This document shows positions 1 through 8,658 of a DNA stretch of 64,000 nucleotides, in pieces; positions within the stretch are counted from its first letter, which is position 1, and the number at the start of each line of letters is the position of its first letter. The position numbers and the translations under genes were made by a program. This DNA comes from a virus (taxonomy: Duplodnaviria > Caudoviricetes), in the IMG/VR virus record IMGVR_UViG_3300020037_006332, positions 1-64,000 of that record. One strand, given 5' to 3'. Below the pieces are notes generated by a model. It saw nothing but the letters and a program-made list of their open reading frames with translations. It did no database searches and had not been told where the DNA came from.

Positions 1-459
1 GCCATACAGCAGGTCGATATTCGATAGCTCGAAGATCAGCGTATCGCCAGCCCCGGGGACGGCTCCGCCGCTCCAATTCGACGCGACGTTAAACTCGTTG
101 GGGCCGCTATTGGGGGTGACGTTGGCGATGCCAATCGCGTGCAGATTGGTGCCGCCGGTTCCCTGGGCCTTGCTGACGGTGATCGCATGGGAGCGGCCGG
201 CGACGCTGGCCGTGCAGTCGACGCGAAGCACGCCTTCGGCAAAGGTGAGTTCGGTGAATTCCGTAATTGTGGAAGCCGCTAGGGCGGCGGCTAACCCGGT
301 GCGGACGCTGGCCGTCGTGGTGGCCGTGGCGGTATAGGTGACGCTCTTGCCGTTGATCGTGACGGTGAACGTGTTGCCAATGGCGACCACGCCCGTGACG
401 GTGATCGTGTCGACTTGGGCGACGGTTGGGGCGTGTCCTAGGAAAGAGACGTTCGCCAT
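1..459 (-). CDS. Tail-region structural protein, runs off the window (MANVSFLGHAPTVAQVDTITVTG...)
   Basis: Hand translation from ATG at 459 is open to base 1. AGGAGG RBS upstream. Thr/Val/Gly-rich beta-type sequence downstream of the tail genes. Absent from the ORF track because there is no stop in the window. Confidence 0.65.
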   Translation of the reverse strand, partial: MANVSFLGHAPTVAQVDTITVTGVVAIGNTFTVTINGKSVTYTATATTTASVRTGLAAALAASTITEFTELTFAEGVLRVDCTASVAGRSHAITVSKAQGTGGTNLHAIGIANVTPNSGPNEFNVASNWSGGAVPGAGDTLIFELSNIDLLYG

Positions 460-506
460 TGTTTTCGGGCCTCCTTGCCCAAACTAGCTTGCGGGGCTCG
501 ATTCTA

Positions 507-2273
507 CTAAAACGCGAGTTTCTTGTCGAATGCGGTGGGTTTGATGGCAAGGCTGTCCATGCTGGCGGTTTCCCACGGGAGTTTGCCAATGGCGATTTTC
601 TCGCCGTCCCGGTAGGGCCTGTCGATGCCGTGGGTGTACTCCACTTCAAGGTGGTAGCGGCGGGTTTTCTTGTCGGCGGTATAGGTCGAATTGGCCACGA
701 TTTCGCTTTCGCCAATCAGCCGGATATGCCGGGCATTGGAAAAAATGTTCGTGGGCGGCGGGAGCTGGGGCCACTCGCCGTATCGCTCGGCGATGATTTT
801 GATGGTGCGGGCCTGGGTTTTGGGGGCCAGCACGACAAACCGGCTCGTGCGGGTCTGCTGGGATTCCTGGCTGGTCGGTGGGTTCCCGGAAACCGGGACT
901 TGCACGGTTTGATGCCGGGTCATAATCGACGTCGATAGCTCATAGAATTCGTAGCGGGTAGCGTTGGCGTCGAAATTGATGGTTACGTCTTTGGCGGCTT
1001 CGGCCTTGCCTTCGGAAATCGTGACTTTCGTGTCTTCGCCCTTGGTGCTCTTTTCTTCCTTGGTGGGCTTGTCGGTGACCTTGGCCATCCAGTGGTTTTG
1101 ATTGCACGGGCTTTGTAGGTAGCTGACGAATAGGCCCGTCATAGTGGCGGTTCCGTAGGCCGGCATCACGGGGTTGGTGTCCGGCTTGTAGTCGGGGACG
1201 CCGGTTTTCATGCTGGCCAGCCGCTCGGTGGGGAAGCCAAGGGCGGCCACGTTGTCGTTTTTGCCTTCCAGGGAGCCCCGGATCGTGCGGAGCCGCATGT
1301 CGATTTTGTTTTCGTCCAGGTAGCTGATAATGCTGGCCTGCTGGACGGTGTTGACCGACTTGCCTTTCTGGAGCCCTAGGCGTTGTTCTGAGACTAGGGC
1401 GGCGACGCGGATCAGCTCCAGCTTGGGCGTGTACTTGTCGCCCCAGACGGTAATCTGGAATTCCTCAAACACGCTGCTGCCGTCTTCGGAAATGGCGGCG
1501 TGTTGGCCGGTCCACTTGATAGCCGGGTCCGGTGGGCTGGCCACGGTTTCCTGGTCGGTGACGGTGTACTCCAGGGTCAGCCCGTCGGCGGTCGTGGCGA
1601 TATCAATGCTTTGGCGTTTGAAACCGGACTGGAGCGGCGGGACCACCCACCCGCGAAATGACTGGGGGTTAAGAATCGGATTCGTGACGCGGAGCCGGCC
1701 CGTGATCGTGCGGGTAGTTAGCCAGAATTCGTCGATCATGTCCCGGACGCTCCAGCGATTATTCAGCACGCCGGACTGGTTGGCGTTGGAGCTGGGGCAA
1801 TCCAGGCAATGTAGCTCGATGGTGAATTCGACCACCATGAGCGAGCTACCGATGATATTCGAGACGGTCACGCTGGTGGGCTTGGGGCCGTTGTTCAGGT
1901 CCGCCAGCCAAGTCCCGTCGGAAATGATTTTCGGGTGCGGTGAGGCTTGGGCCGGATAGAACGTGCCGGGGTCGTGGGCGGCCTTCACGTGCAGCAGAAT
2001 GCTCTCGCCGACGGTCATCTTAAACTCGCGGCGGGGCTCGGACAGTGCTTGGCGGATGGCGATTTCGGTTTCGGCCACGCCTAGCTGATTGATGGGCGTG
2101 ACGTCCTGGTTCGTGATCGGGCTAACGTAGCCGTGGACGTAGCCCCGGACGCTGATGGTGAACTTGTGAAACAGCAGGTCGGTGCGGGAATCGTCATACT
2201 CGCAAGTCTGGTCGAACTTGCGAGTCAGCACGTTCCGCATGGTGACCCCGTTATAGATCAGCGTGGTGGCCAT
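507..2273 (-). CDS. Putative tail tip/hub protein (588 aa)
   Basis: Long ORF translationally coupled (TAATG) to the tape-measure-like gene; function inferred from position only. Confidence 0.5.
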   Translation of the reverse strand: MATTLIYNGVTMRNVLTRKFDQTCEYDDSRTDLLFHKFTISVRGYVHGYVSPITNQDVTPINQLGVAETEIAIRQALSEPRREFKMTVGESILLHVKAAHDPGTFYPAQASPHPKIISDGTWLADLNNGPKPTSVTVSNIIGSSLMVVEFTIELHCLDCPSSNANQSGVLNNRWSVRDMIDEFWLTTRTITGRLRVTNPILNPQSFRGWVVPPLQSGFKRQSIDIATTADGLTLEYTVTDQETVASPPDPAIKWTGQHAAISEDGSSVFEEFQITVWGDKYTPKLELIRVAALVSEQRLGLQKGKSVNTVQQASIISYLDENKIDMRLRTIRGSLEGKNDNVAALGFPTERLASMKTGVPDYKPDTNPVMPAYGTATMTGLFVSYLQSPCNQNHWMAKVTDKPTKEEKSTKGEDTKVTISEGKAEAAKDVTINFDANATRYEFYELSTSIMTRHQTVQVPVSGNPPTSQESQQTRTSRFVVLAPKTQARTIKIIAERYGEWPQLPPPTNIFSNARHIRLIGESEIVANSTYTADKKTRRYHLEVEYTHGIDRPYRDGEKIAIGKLPWETASMDSLAIKPTAFDKKLAF

Positions 2274-3331
2274 TAGCCTACAGTCTCCCCGGGCTTGCGG
2301 CGGTTTCGGCCGCCGCCGTTACCCTTACGGCGTTCGGTCTGGCGTTCGTTGAAGTCTCGGCGGTAGTCCCGCGATAGGTCGTTAATCCAGGTCTGGGCCA
2401 TATTGGCCTGGGGGTTTTTCTTGGTTTCGCCCCAAATTAGTTCGTAAAGGGTGGTGACAATCCCGAAGCCCTTCACGAGCACGGTCATAATGTTGATCGC
2501 GTAGCGGCCCAGCGTGTTCCCTAGGTTGCTCATCATGTTTTTGATGGGCTGGATTTCGTCGCGGAACGTGTCCACGGCTCCAACTAGGGCGGTGGCCGAT
2601 TCGCTGGTGGCTCCGGCGGCGGAGTAGTTCCGGCGAACTTGCTTCAGGTTGCTCATGGCGTAGGCTTGGCCAATCGAGCCATTATAGAGCGATAGCGATT
2701 TGTTAGACTCGTAGAGCCCGTCCGCCAGCTTCTTGCCGGCCATCGCCACGCCTACAAATGCCCCGATAACTCCAGCCGGGCCGCTGATGCCGGACTTTAA
2801 GAGGTCCATCGCATTGCCAAGCTGGGGAATCGCATCCTTCAGCCGCTCGGCTTGCTCGGTGTTGTCGGCGGCCTTGTCTTGAGCCTGCTGGGGAGTGATC
2901 TTGCCGCCTAGCAGGTCGCCAAAGGTCTGCCCGTTGTTGGCGGCGGCGGTGGTGACCGGCGGGGGCGGTCCCGGGGGAGCCGGCTGGGACTGGGGCCCCA
3001 TAAACGCCTCGCGTAGGCCCCCCATTGCCCGCTGGGCGAACGTCCGGCGGGGTTTGAGTGGCGTAGGGGGCGGAGCCGGAGCGGGGCCCTGAGCGGACGC
3101 CACGCCTTCAGGCTGGTTAAATCCGGGCTTGGTCCAGTCGGTGATACGGGTGCTGGGGCCGGCTTGGTGCTTACTGAAGCCGCTGGCGGCGGACTTCACT
3201 AGGCTGCCTAGGTCATCGGTTTTGCTGGCGGCGGAGCCGGCGGCCCGGGCGGCCGAACGGGCGGCGACGGCTCGCCCCACTCCGCTGGCGAGTAGCCGCC
3301 CTAACACTCCAAGCAAGACGGGTGCCGGCAT
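2273..3331 (-). CDS. Tape-measure-like protein, unusually short (352 aa)
   Basis: Ala/Gly-rich and helical-looking; directly follows the G/GT chaperone pair. Confidence 0.6.
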   Translation of the reverse strand: MPAPVLLGVLGRLLASGVGRAVAARSAARAAGSAASKTDDLGSLVKSAASGFSKHQAGPSTRITDWTKPGFNQPEGVASAQGPAPAPPPTPLKPRRTFAQRAMGGLREAFMGPQSQPAPPGPPPPVTTAAANNGQTFGDLLGGKITPQQAQDKAADNTEQAERLKDAIPQLGNAMDLLKSGISGPAGVIGAFVGVAMAGKKLADGLYESNKSLSLYNGSIGQAYAMSNLKQVRRNYSAAGATSESATALVGAVDTFRDEIQPIKNMMSNLGNTLGRYAINIMTVLVKGFGIVTTLYELIWGETKKNPQANMAQTWINDLSRDYRRDFNERQTERRKGNGGGRNRRKPGETVG

Positions 3332-3333
3332 GG

Positions 3334-3615
3334 TTATAGCTCACTCTGCTGGCTGGCTTGGTAGCGGTTAATTTCGGCGGCGGCCTGTTCCTCGCTGTCG
3401 GCGAGTGCCTTGATTAGCTCGGGGTTGACGCTGCCGCTCATGGCTTGGGTAATGCCAGATAGCACGGCTGCGGTGCGTCGGGCCTCGGTGCGTTTCATGT
3501 TGAGCCAGAGTCCTACCCGGCATTCGTAGGCTTCGGCTCCGCCAGCGTTCAGCTCGGCCAAGCTGCCGGCTCCGTAGCATCCGGCTAGGTCGGCTGCCCA
3601 CTGCCATTTTTTTTT
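3334..3615 (-). CDS. Tail assembly chaperone GT extension (-1 frame)
   Basis: The -1 frame reads ...QLKKKWQWAADLAG...QSEL* with no good independent start; entered at the A9 slippery run. Confidence 0.7.
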   Translation of the reverse strand, partial: KKKWQWAADLAGCYGAGSLAELNAGGAEAYECRVGLWLNMKRTEARRTAAVLSGITQAMSGSVNPELIKALADSEEQAAAEINRYQASQQSEL

Positions 3616-3932
3616 AAGTTGTCGACGTACAAAACAAAGTCGTTTAGGACGCCAAGGGTTTCCATTTCGGTGAGCCCCTCGGGCGTGTCTTCGGTCCAGG
3701 CCGGGATGCCGAAAATCTCGCGGGTCGCCTGGACGGAAATCTCGCTGGCTTCGGCCTCCAGCTCGGGCTCGCCGCACACCATATCGGCTAGGTGCCGGTC
3801 GACGTCAAACTTGGGATGGGCGGCCATCTTGCGGATGACGGTCACGGGATCGGCGGAGCGTTCGCGGGTGCCGTCGAAATACTTGAAAATCCGCTGGACT
3901 TTCGGGGCTCGATTGCGGCTGAATAATCGCAT
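3585..3932 (-). CDS. Tail assembly chaperone G
   Basis: 115 aa ORF between tail tube and tape measure, ending in a slippery sequence. Confidence 0.75.
   Translation of the reverse strand: MRLFSRNRAPKVQRIFKYFDGTRERSADPVTVIRKMAAHPKFDVDRHLADMVCGEPELEAEASEISVQATREIFGIPAWTEDTPEGLTEMETLGVLNDFVLYVDNLKKNGSGQPT
3607..3617 (-). other. Programmed -1 ribosomal frameshift site (TTA AAA AAA AAT)
   Basis: A AAA AAA heptamer at the 3' end of chaperone G, in the canonical position between tail tube and tape measure. Confidence 0.8.
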
Positions 3933-3945
3933 GGGGGTTAATTTC

Positions 3946-4431
3946 CTAGCTCGCGGTCGTGTTCCAGAGCGTGCCGCCGACGTTCCAGGCGGTGCCTTCC
4001 AGGCGGAGCGTGGAGAACTTCGTGCCGGCGTTCAGCTCGATGGGGTCGCGGAAAATGACGTAAGGGTAGTTGCGGATTAGGTTGGTGTTGGAAACCAGCA
4101 GGCGGAAATACTTATTTCCGGCCAGCATGAGCGTGCCGGCGGTCGGGATGGTGCCGGCGGTGCCGCCCTTGTGCCGGCTGAGTAGTTTCTGGGCGATGGT
4201 GGCGTCCCACTTGGTTAATTCCAGGGTGATCTGGGCCGTCTCGCCCATATACTGGAGGTCGCACCCCGGGCCGGCTTCGCCGCCGTAGTCATCGCATTTG
4301 ACTTCCGCGAAATAGCCGTCGTGGCGGAGGATGACTCCATCCCGGGTATAGCCAAGGTCTTCCAGGGCGTCGGCGGAGCCGGTGCCGACTTTGATCGTCG
4401 ATAGCCCGGCTACTACGATTGCGATGGCCAT
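3946..4431 (-). CDS. Major tail (tube) protein
   Basis: 161 aa; LGYTRDGV and ITLELTKWD tube-like pattern; position. Confidence 0.7.
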   Translation of the reverse strand: MAIAIVVAGLSTIKVGTGSADALEDLGYTRDGVILRHDGYFAEVKCDDYGGEAGPGCDLQYMGETAQITLELTKWDATIAQKLLSRHKGGTAGTIPTAGTLMLAGNKYFRLLVSNTNLIRNYPYVIFRDPIELNAGTKFSTLRLEGTAWNVGGTLWNTTAS

Positions 4432-4919
4432 TATTGCACTCGATATGGGTAGTAGTTGCGGGTCCGGTCACGGATCAGATTGAGCTGCGTGACGGCGGCC
4501 ACGCTGGGGCGGGTTAATTTCGGGGTGCCGGCGTCAATCACTTTGGTGATATTGAAGACGTTTTCCCCCTTCCTCAATCGCTCCAGGTAGAGGTCATGCA
4601 GGTCCATCTGGGCTTTGTAGTCGTCCACTGAGTAGGTTGGTTTGATCGCAAATAGGTAGGCCATTGCGATTTCGCAAACCATATGCTTCAGGTGGGCGGC
4701 TGAATTGCCCGTTAGGGCGGCTAGGTCGCCGGGGTCATACCGGCCAGCCTGGAGTAGTGCGGCGTCGATAGCTCCGCTCGCACTCTCCAAAGCGGCCAGT
4801 ACCTTGTCGTCCGTGGCCAAAGCCCCGGCCGACACGGCGGTGCCGTTCTCACTTACAAGCTGGCCGATGGTCAGCTCGCTTTTGCGTAGCAGTAGATCGG
4901 CCGGGGTAGCGTAAGCCAC
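4431..4919 (-). CDS. Head-tail adaptor, Mu gp36/DUF1320-like
   Basis: MAYATPADL...AALESASGAIDAAL..GRY..L...VCEIA pattern; follows the capsid gene. Confidence 0.8.
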   Translation of the reverse strand: MAYATPADLLLRKSELTIGQLVSENGTAVSAGALATDDKVLAALESASGAIDAALLQAGRYDPGDLAALTGNSAAHLKHMVCEIAMAYLFAIKPTYSVDDYKAQMDLHDLYLERLRKGENVFNITKVIDAGTPKLTRPSVAAVTQLNLIRDRTRNYYPYRVQ

Positions 4920-4935
4920 GGGCTAACCCTCCGAT

Positions 4936-5985
4936 TTACATGGCACCCGTGAACAAATAGCCGCTAATGCCGGCGGTGAGTTTCGGGGTGCAGTTGTCCA
5001 CGACGCGGACCACGGTTTTGCGGTTGTCGGCGTCGTACTTGGTTTCGACCGTCATGTCGTCGCCTTGGTAGACGAAAAGCGTGCAGGTCGAGAAGCTCGG
5101 GCCGCCGTACTTGCCCACCAGTGAGCCCGGGCGGGCCGTGATAAAGGGCGTCGAATCCCCCAGCACAAAGCTGCTGGCGAACGTGGCTCCCTTTTTGTTG
5201 GTGGTCTTTACGGCGTCTTCGACCACGATTTCCACGCCTGCGTAGGTGCTGGGCAGGCCGTAGAGCACGTCGCGGAATTCGCCTTCGCTCGTGTCGGCCC
5301 GGATGAAACGCAAGGCGTCCGGGCTGCTCTTGAGGTAGTCCACCATTTCCTGGCTTTCGGCCATTGCCTTCGCCAGATTCGGGTTGACTACCAGCTTGAG
5401 GTCACGGGCTTTGACCACGCCGCCGGTGCTCTTGAGAATCTGAGTAATGGCGGCGTCAATCGACTTCTTGATATAGAGGTTGGCCGTGGTGGCCGCACTC
5501 CACTGGCCGCCGGCGAGGGCGGTCGTGGTGCTCGTGTGAGCACTGGCCCAGTTGCCGCTGGTGGTCAATTCGCTGACCACAAGCTGCGTGCGGCTGGTCA
5601 TGGCCTGCTGGGCCTTGATTTCCGTGTGCTGGCCAATGATATCCCACGCGGCTTGGTCGGTGGCCAGCTTGCCCAGCGAGACGGGGTACACGTATCGCTT
5701 GCAGGTGAAGGGCAGGAATTCAAACGATTCCGCCCCCTCGTTGCCGTGCGGGGCATCCGCACCATCCGGCCACTGGTGGTCGGTGAGCGTGGTTGAGAGG
5801 ATTCGCATTCGTTCCTCGACCGTCATTTTCGTGTAGTAGCCCACCATTTCCGGGCAGGGCACCAGCGAAATGTAGCGGTTGAGGCTGAAGTCCCGGGGGT
5901 TACGCGAGAAGTCCACCAGCAGACGCTTGGACCCCTCCAGACTCGGGATAAACGTGTTGTACTGTCCGGGGAAAATAGCGGCCAT
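4936..5985 (-). CDS. Major capsid protein
   Basis: 349 aa, downstream of protease/scaffold and decoration gene; strong RBS. Confidence 0.8.
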   Translation of the reverse strand: MAAIFPGQYNTFIPSLEGSKRLLVDFSRNPRDFSLNRYISLVPCPEMVGYYTKMTVEERMRILSTTLTDHQWPDGADAPHGNEGAESFEFLPFTCKRYVYPVSLGKLATDQAAWDIIGQHTEIKAQQAMTSRTQLVVSELTTSGNWASAHTSTTTALAGGQWSAATTANLYIKKSIDAAITQILKSTGGVVKARDLKLVVNPNLAKAMAESQEMVDYLKSSPDALRFIRADTSEGEFRDVLYGLPSTYAGVEIVVEDAVKTTNKKGATFASSFVLGDSTPFITARPGSLVGKYGGPSFSTCTLFVYQGDDMTVETKYDADNRKTVVRVVDNCTPKLTAGISGYLFTGAM

Positions 5986-6041
5986 GAGTTAGCATCCTTG
6001 CTAGTGGAGTTCGGGAATTCAGTCCGTGCCGGCGGCGTGGT

Positions 6042-6476
6042 TTACTGGGCCTGCCACGTGATCGGATGGATGTAAATTTGGATTTTCGTACCGTCGGCAC
6101 CCGCCTGGAGGGCGATGCCGCCGACGAAATCCTCGTCGGCACTGGCCACGACGGCTTTGCCGTTGGCGTCGCTCTTGACCCACGCCCCGGCGGTGACGGT
6201 GCCGCCGCACTCGACTAGGGCGACTTCACCCGGGCCGAAAACGCGGAGCTGGTCGCCAGCCACGGCGGCGGTGCTGGTGCTCCAGAGGCCGGTGCCTTCC
6301 TGGGACACGCCGATAACGCGGTCGCCCTTGCTCGACGTGCCGGCCGTGGCGGGCCAGACGGTGAAATCCGCCGACGGCGTGGTCGTGCCGGAGTACAGCA
6401 GGGGAACCATCGTGACAAAGCGGCACGGGTTGATCGTTCCGCCCGCGACAAAAGTGGCATTACTGAGGGTGGGCAT
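6042..6476 (-). CDS. Capsid cement/decoration protein (DUF2190-like)
   Basis: GEVALVECGGTVTAGAWVKSDANGKAV motif; between scaffold and capsid genes. Confidence 0.75.
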   Translation of the reverse strand: MPTLSNATFVAGGTINPCRFVTMVPLLYSGTTTPSADFTVWPATAGTSSKGDRVIGVSQEGTGLWSTSTAAVAGDQLRVFGPGEVALVECGGTVTAGAWVKSDANGKAVVASADEDFVGGIALQAGADGTKIQIYIHPITWQAQ

Positions 6477-6537
6477 GATTTAGCATCCTTGCTAGTTCGG
6501 TGAGTTTCTTAGTCCCGGGCGGGGGTTAATTTCGGCC

Positions 6538-8115
6538 TTAGCCCGCGTTGAGTTCTTTGCGGACTTCGTTTTCGATTTCGTCGTAACGCTTGTAGATGCC
6601 CCGGGCCACGTAGCTATTGGCCCGCTGCTCGATCTTGGCGTAGAGGGTCTTTTCGTCGGTGCCTACCTTGCGGGGCTTCGACGTCGGGAGCGGGGCAAAC
6701 CCGGTCGGGTCTTTCTGGTAACGCTCTCGCATCAGCTCCAGGTGGCTGGCAAATTGGTCGTCGTTCATGCCTTCGATGCGGGCATATTCCTCGGCCGGGT
6801 CGTACATGACCACGCCTTGCAGGGCGTCGATCTTGCTGTAACGCTCGGCGAGCGTGTGCCGCTGCTCGATGGCCTTGAGCCGCTTGGAAAGCTCGGCGTT
6901 GTCGGCGGCCAGCTTGCGGTTGTACCGCTCGATCTGGGCATACCGCTGCTGGTCGGCCCGCGTCCGGCGGTAGTCGTCCGTTTTCTTCGTTTCGGGGGCA
7001 TTGGGCATGTCGGTATCCTCGTCTTCGTCGTTTTCGTTGCGGTCCTTCGGGATCGCGTCGGGGTTATCGTCATCGCTGGGGGCCTCGGGGGCTTCGCCCT
7101 CGGGGACGCCAAAGTCGGGTGGGAGGCCGTCGCCGCCGTCGTCGTCGCCTTCGCCGGCTCCCGGGGGCATGTCGCCCATCGGATCGGCTTCGGCTTCGGC
7201 CATCGGATCAGCGGCCGGGGGCATGTCGCCGCCGGGTGCTCCGCCGGGGGCGGCCAGCGGATCGGCTCCGGGCATTCCGGGGGCGGCGGGTGCTCCGCCA
7301 GCCATCGGGTCGCCGGGCATTCCAGGGGCTCCGCCGGGGACTTGGGTGGCAGGGGCCTTGGCCTGCTGCTGCTCCATGAGCTGCTGGACGAATTTCGTCG
7401 TATCGAGTTCCATCACGGCGGCGATGATTTTGTTGATATCCTCGTCGGAAAGACTCATTCCGGTGGCCTCCGTGGCGGGTTGTTCTGGGGTTTCGTAGTG
7501 CTCGGCCTCGTCGGTCGACGTGTTGCCGGGCATAAACGTGTTGGTGGCACTGGGGGCCATTGCGGTGTAGCGGGCCACTTGGGTGCCGCTGTGACGCATC
7601 GAATAGGCCAGCCCTAGGTCGCGGCGGGGCGTTTCGGCTCCCAGCAGGGCGATGGGCTCGATATAGCGTTCGTAGGGGTCGGCTTCCCGCCAGACTTCGA
7701 CGCTGCGGCGGGGGTGCTTACGGGCCCGGTCTACGTCGTCGTGGAAGATGCCCCAGTCCTGAGCGATGATCGCGGCCCGGGGCTGTTTCTCGCCGATGGT
7801 ACCCACGTAAAACGGCCCGCAGAATCCGACTAGCGGCGGCTGGGGGATGCCCCGGCGGCGTTCGTCGGGGGTGGGCGTGTGGCCTAGACAAATGGCGGTA
7901 TAGTCGCCGGTGTTCTCAATGCGGGCGTTCATCGTATCGCACATGGCTTGCAGCACGTCGCGGCTGTAGCGGATGGTGCGATATTCGCTCGGGTTATCCG
8001 GGTCCGGTTCTTCGACTTCGTGCTCGTCGAAAACGGGCACGTCATGCTCGATGCAAAACCGGCTGGGGTCCAGCGGTACGTGGCGAGCGAGTCGATTTAG
8101 TTCGGCGGTTGCCAT
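6538..8115 (-). CDS. Prohead protease fused to scaffolding protein
   Basis: N-terminal domain with GH and ALLG...P motifs, acidic Pro/Gly linker, C-terminal coiled coil; start re-assigned to MATAEL at 8115. Confidence 0.7.
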   Translation of the reverse strand: MATAELNRLARHVPLDPSRFCIEHDVPVFDEHEVEEPDPDNPSEYRTIRYSRDVLQAMCDTMNARIENTGDYTAICLGHTPTPDERRRGIPQPPLVGFCGPFYVGTIGEKQPRAAIIAQDWGIFHDDVDRARKHPRRSVEVWREADPYERYIEPIALLGAETPRRDLGLAYSMRHSGTQVARYTAMAPSATNTFMPGNTSTDEAEHYETPEQPATEATGMSLSDEDINKIIAAVMELDTTKFVQQLMEQQQAKAPATQVPGGAPGMPGDPMAGGAPAAPGMPGADPLAAPGGAPGGDMPPAADPMAEAEADPMGDMPPGAGEGDDDGGDGLPPDFGVPEGEAPEAPSDDDNPDAIPKDRNENDEDEDTDMPNAPETKKTDDYRRTRADQQRYAQIERYNRKLAADNAELSKRLKAIEQRHTLAERYSKIDALQGVVMYDPAEEYARIEGMNDDQFASHLELMRERYQKDPTGFAPLPTSKPRKVGTDEKTLYAKIEQRANSYVARGIYKRYDEIENEVRKELNAG

Positions 8116-8213
8116 CCGTGGCAGTCCTCGAAACCGGGGTCGATAAACGCGAAAAGCCCACGGGCCGCCGTCTTGGCAGCTCATGGGCTTCTGTGTGTCA
8201 GGTAGCCTAGAGG

Positions 8214-8429
8214 TTAATTTTGGGCGTCTTGCGGGCGGTACTTGGTGACCGAAATACTGGGGTCGCCGAACATACCTTGCAGGATCGGAATCCTAATGGT
8301 TAGCTCGCCACGATGGTCCAGCTTCAGGGCGTCGGTGGCGGCGGCTAGTTCCTCGTGGACCCATTCCAGCCGGTCGCGGTTCCGCTGCTTGACTTTGTAA
8401 GCGTAGCTTTCACGTTCTGGGCGTGTCAA
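8214..8429 (-). CDS. Hypothetical protein
   Basis: Co-oriented small ORF. Confidence 0.4.
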   Translation of the reverse strand: MTRPERESYAYKVKQRNRDRLEWVHEELAAATDALKLDHRGELTIRIPILQGMFGDPSISVTKYRPQDAQN

Positions 8430-8598
8430 CAGTAGATTCCCCGTCTTCCTTGTCGGGTTCGTCCTGGTCGCCTTCCTTGGCGGCCTCGGCGGCTTCTTGG
8501 GCCTGAAGTTCTTTGAGATAGTCCGGGTGCAGGCAATCGGCGTGGCTGCCGTCGGGCATTTCGATACGCTGGCCGAAAATCTCTTTAAGGATGCCCAT
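8410..8598 (-). CDS. Hypothetical acidic protein
   Basis: ORF with RBS, downstream of an operator-bearing promoter-like sequence. Confidence 0.5.
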   Translation of the reverse strand: MGILKEIFGQRIEMPDGSHADCLHPDYLKELQAQEAAEAAKEGDQDEPDKEDGESTVDTPRT

Positions 8599-8658
8599 GT
8601 CTATTTTCTCCGGGGGTTAATTCGCTCGCTATATCATAGCTTCGGCAGCTTGGCGAGT

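Noticed and set aside
6995-7400. Pro/Gly/Met/Asp-rich stretch in the protease/scaffold as a collagen-like or repeat domain
   Set aside because: No strict periodicity; typical disordered scaffold linker
6742-7617. Long plus-strand ORFs opposite the scaffold gene (and similar shadows, e.g. 20081-20902, 52862-53674)
   Set aside because: No motifs or RBS; expected antisense shadows in GC-rich coding DNA, unlike the HNH at 21508-22050
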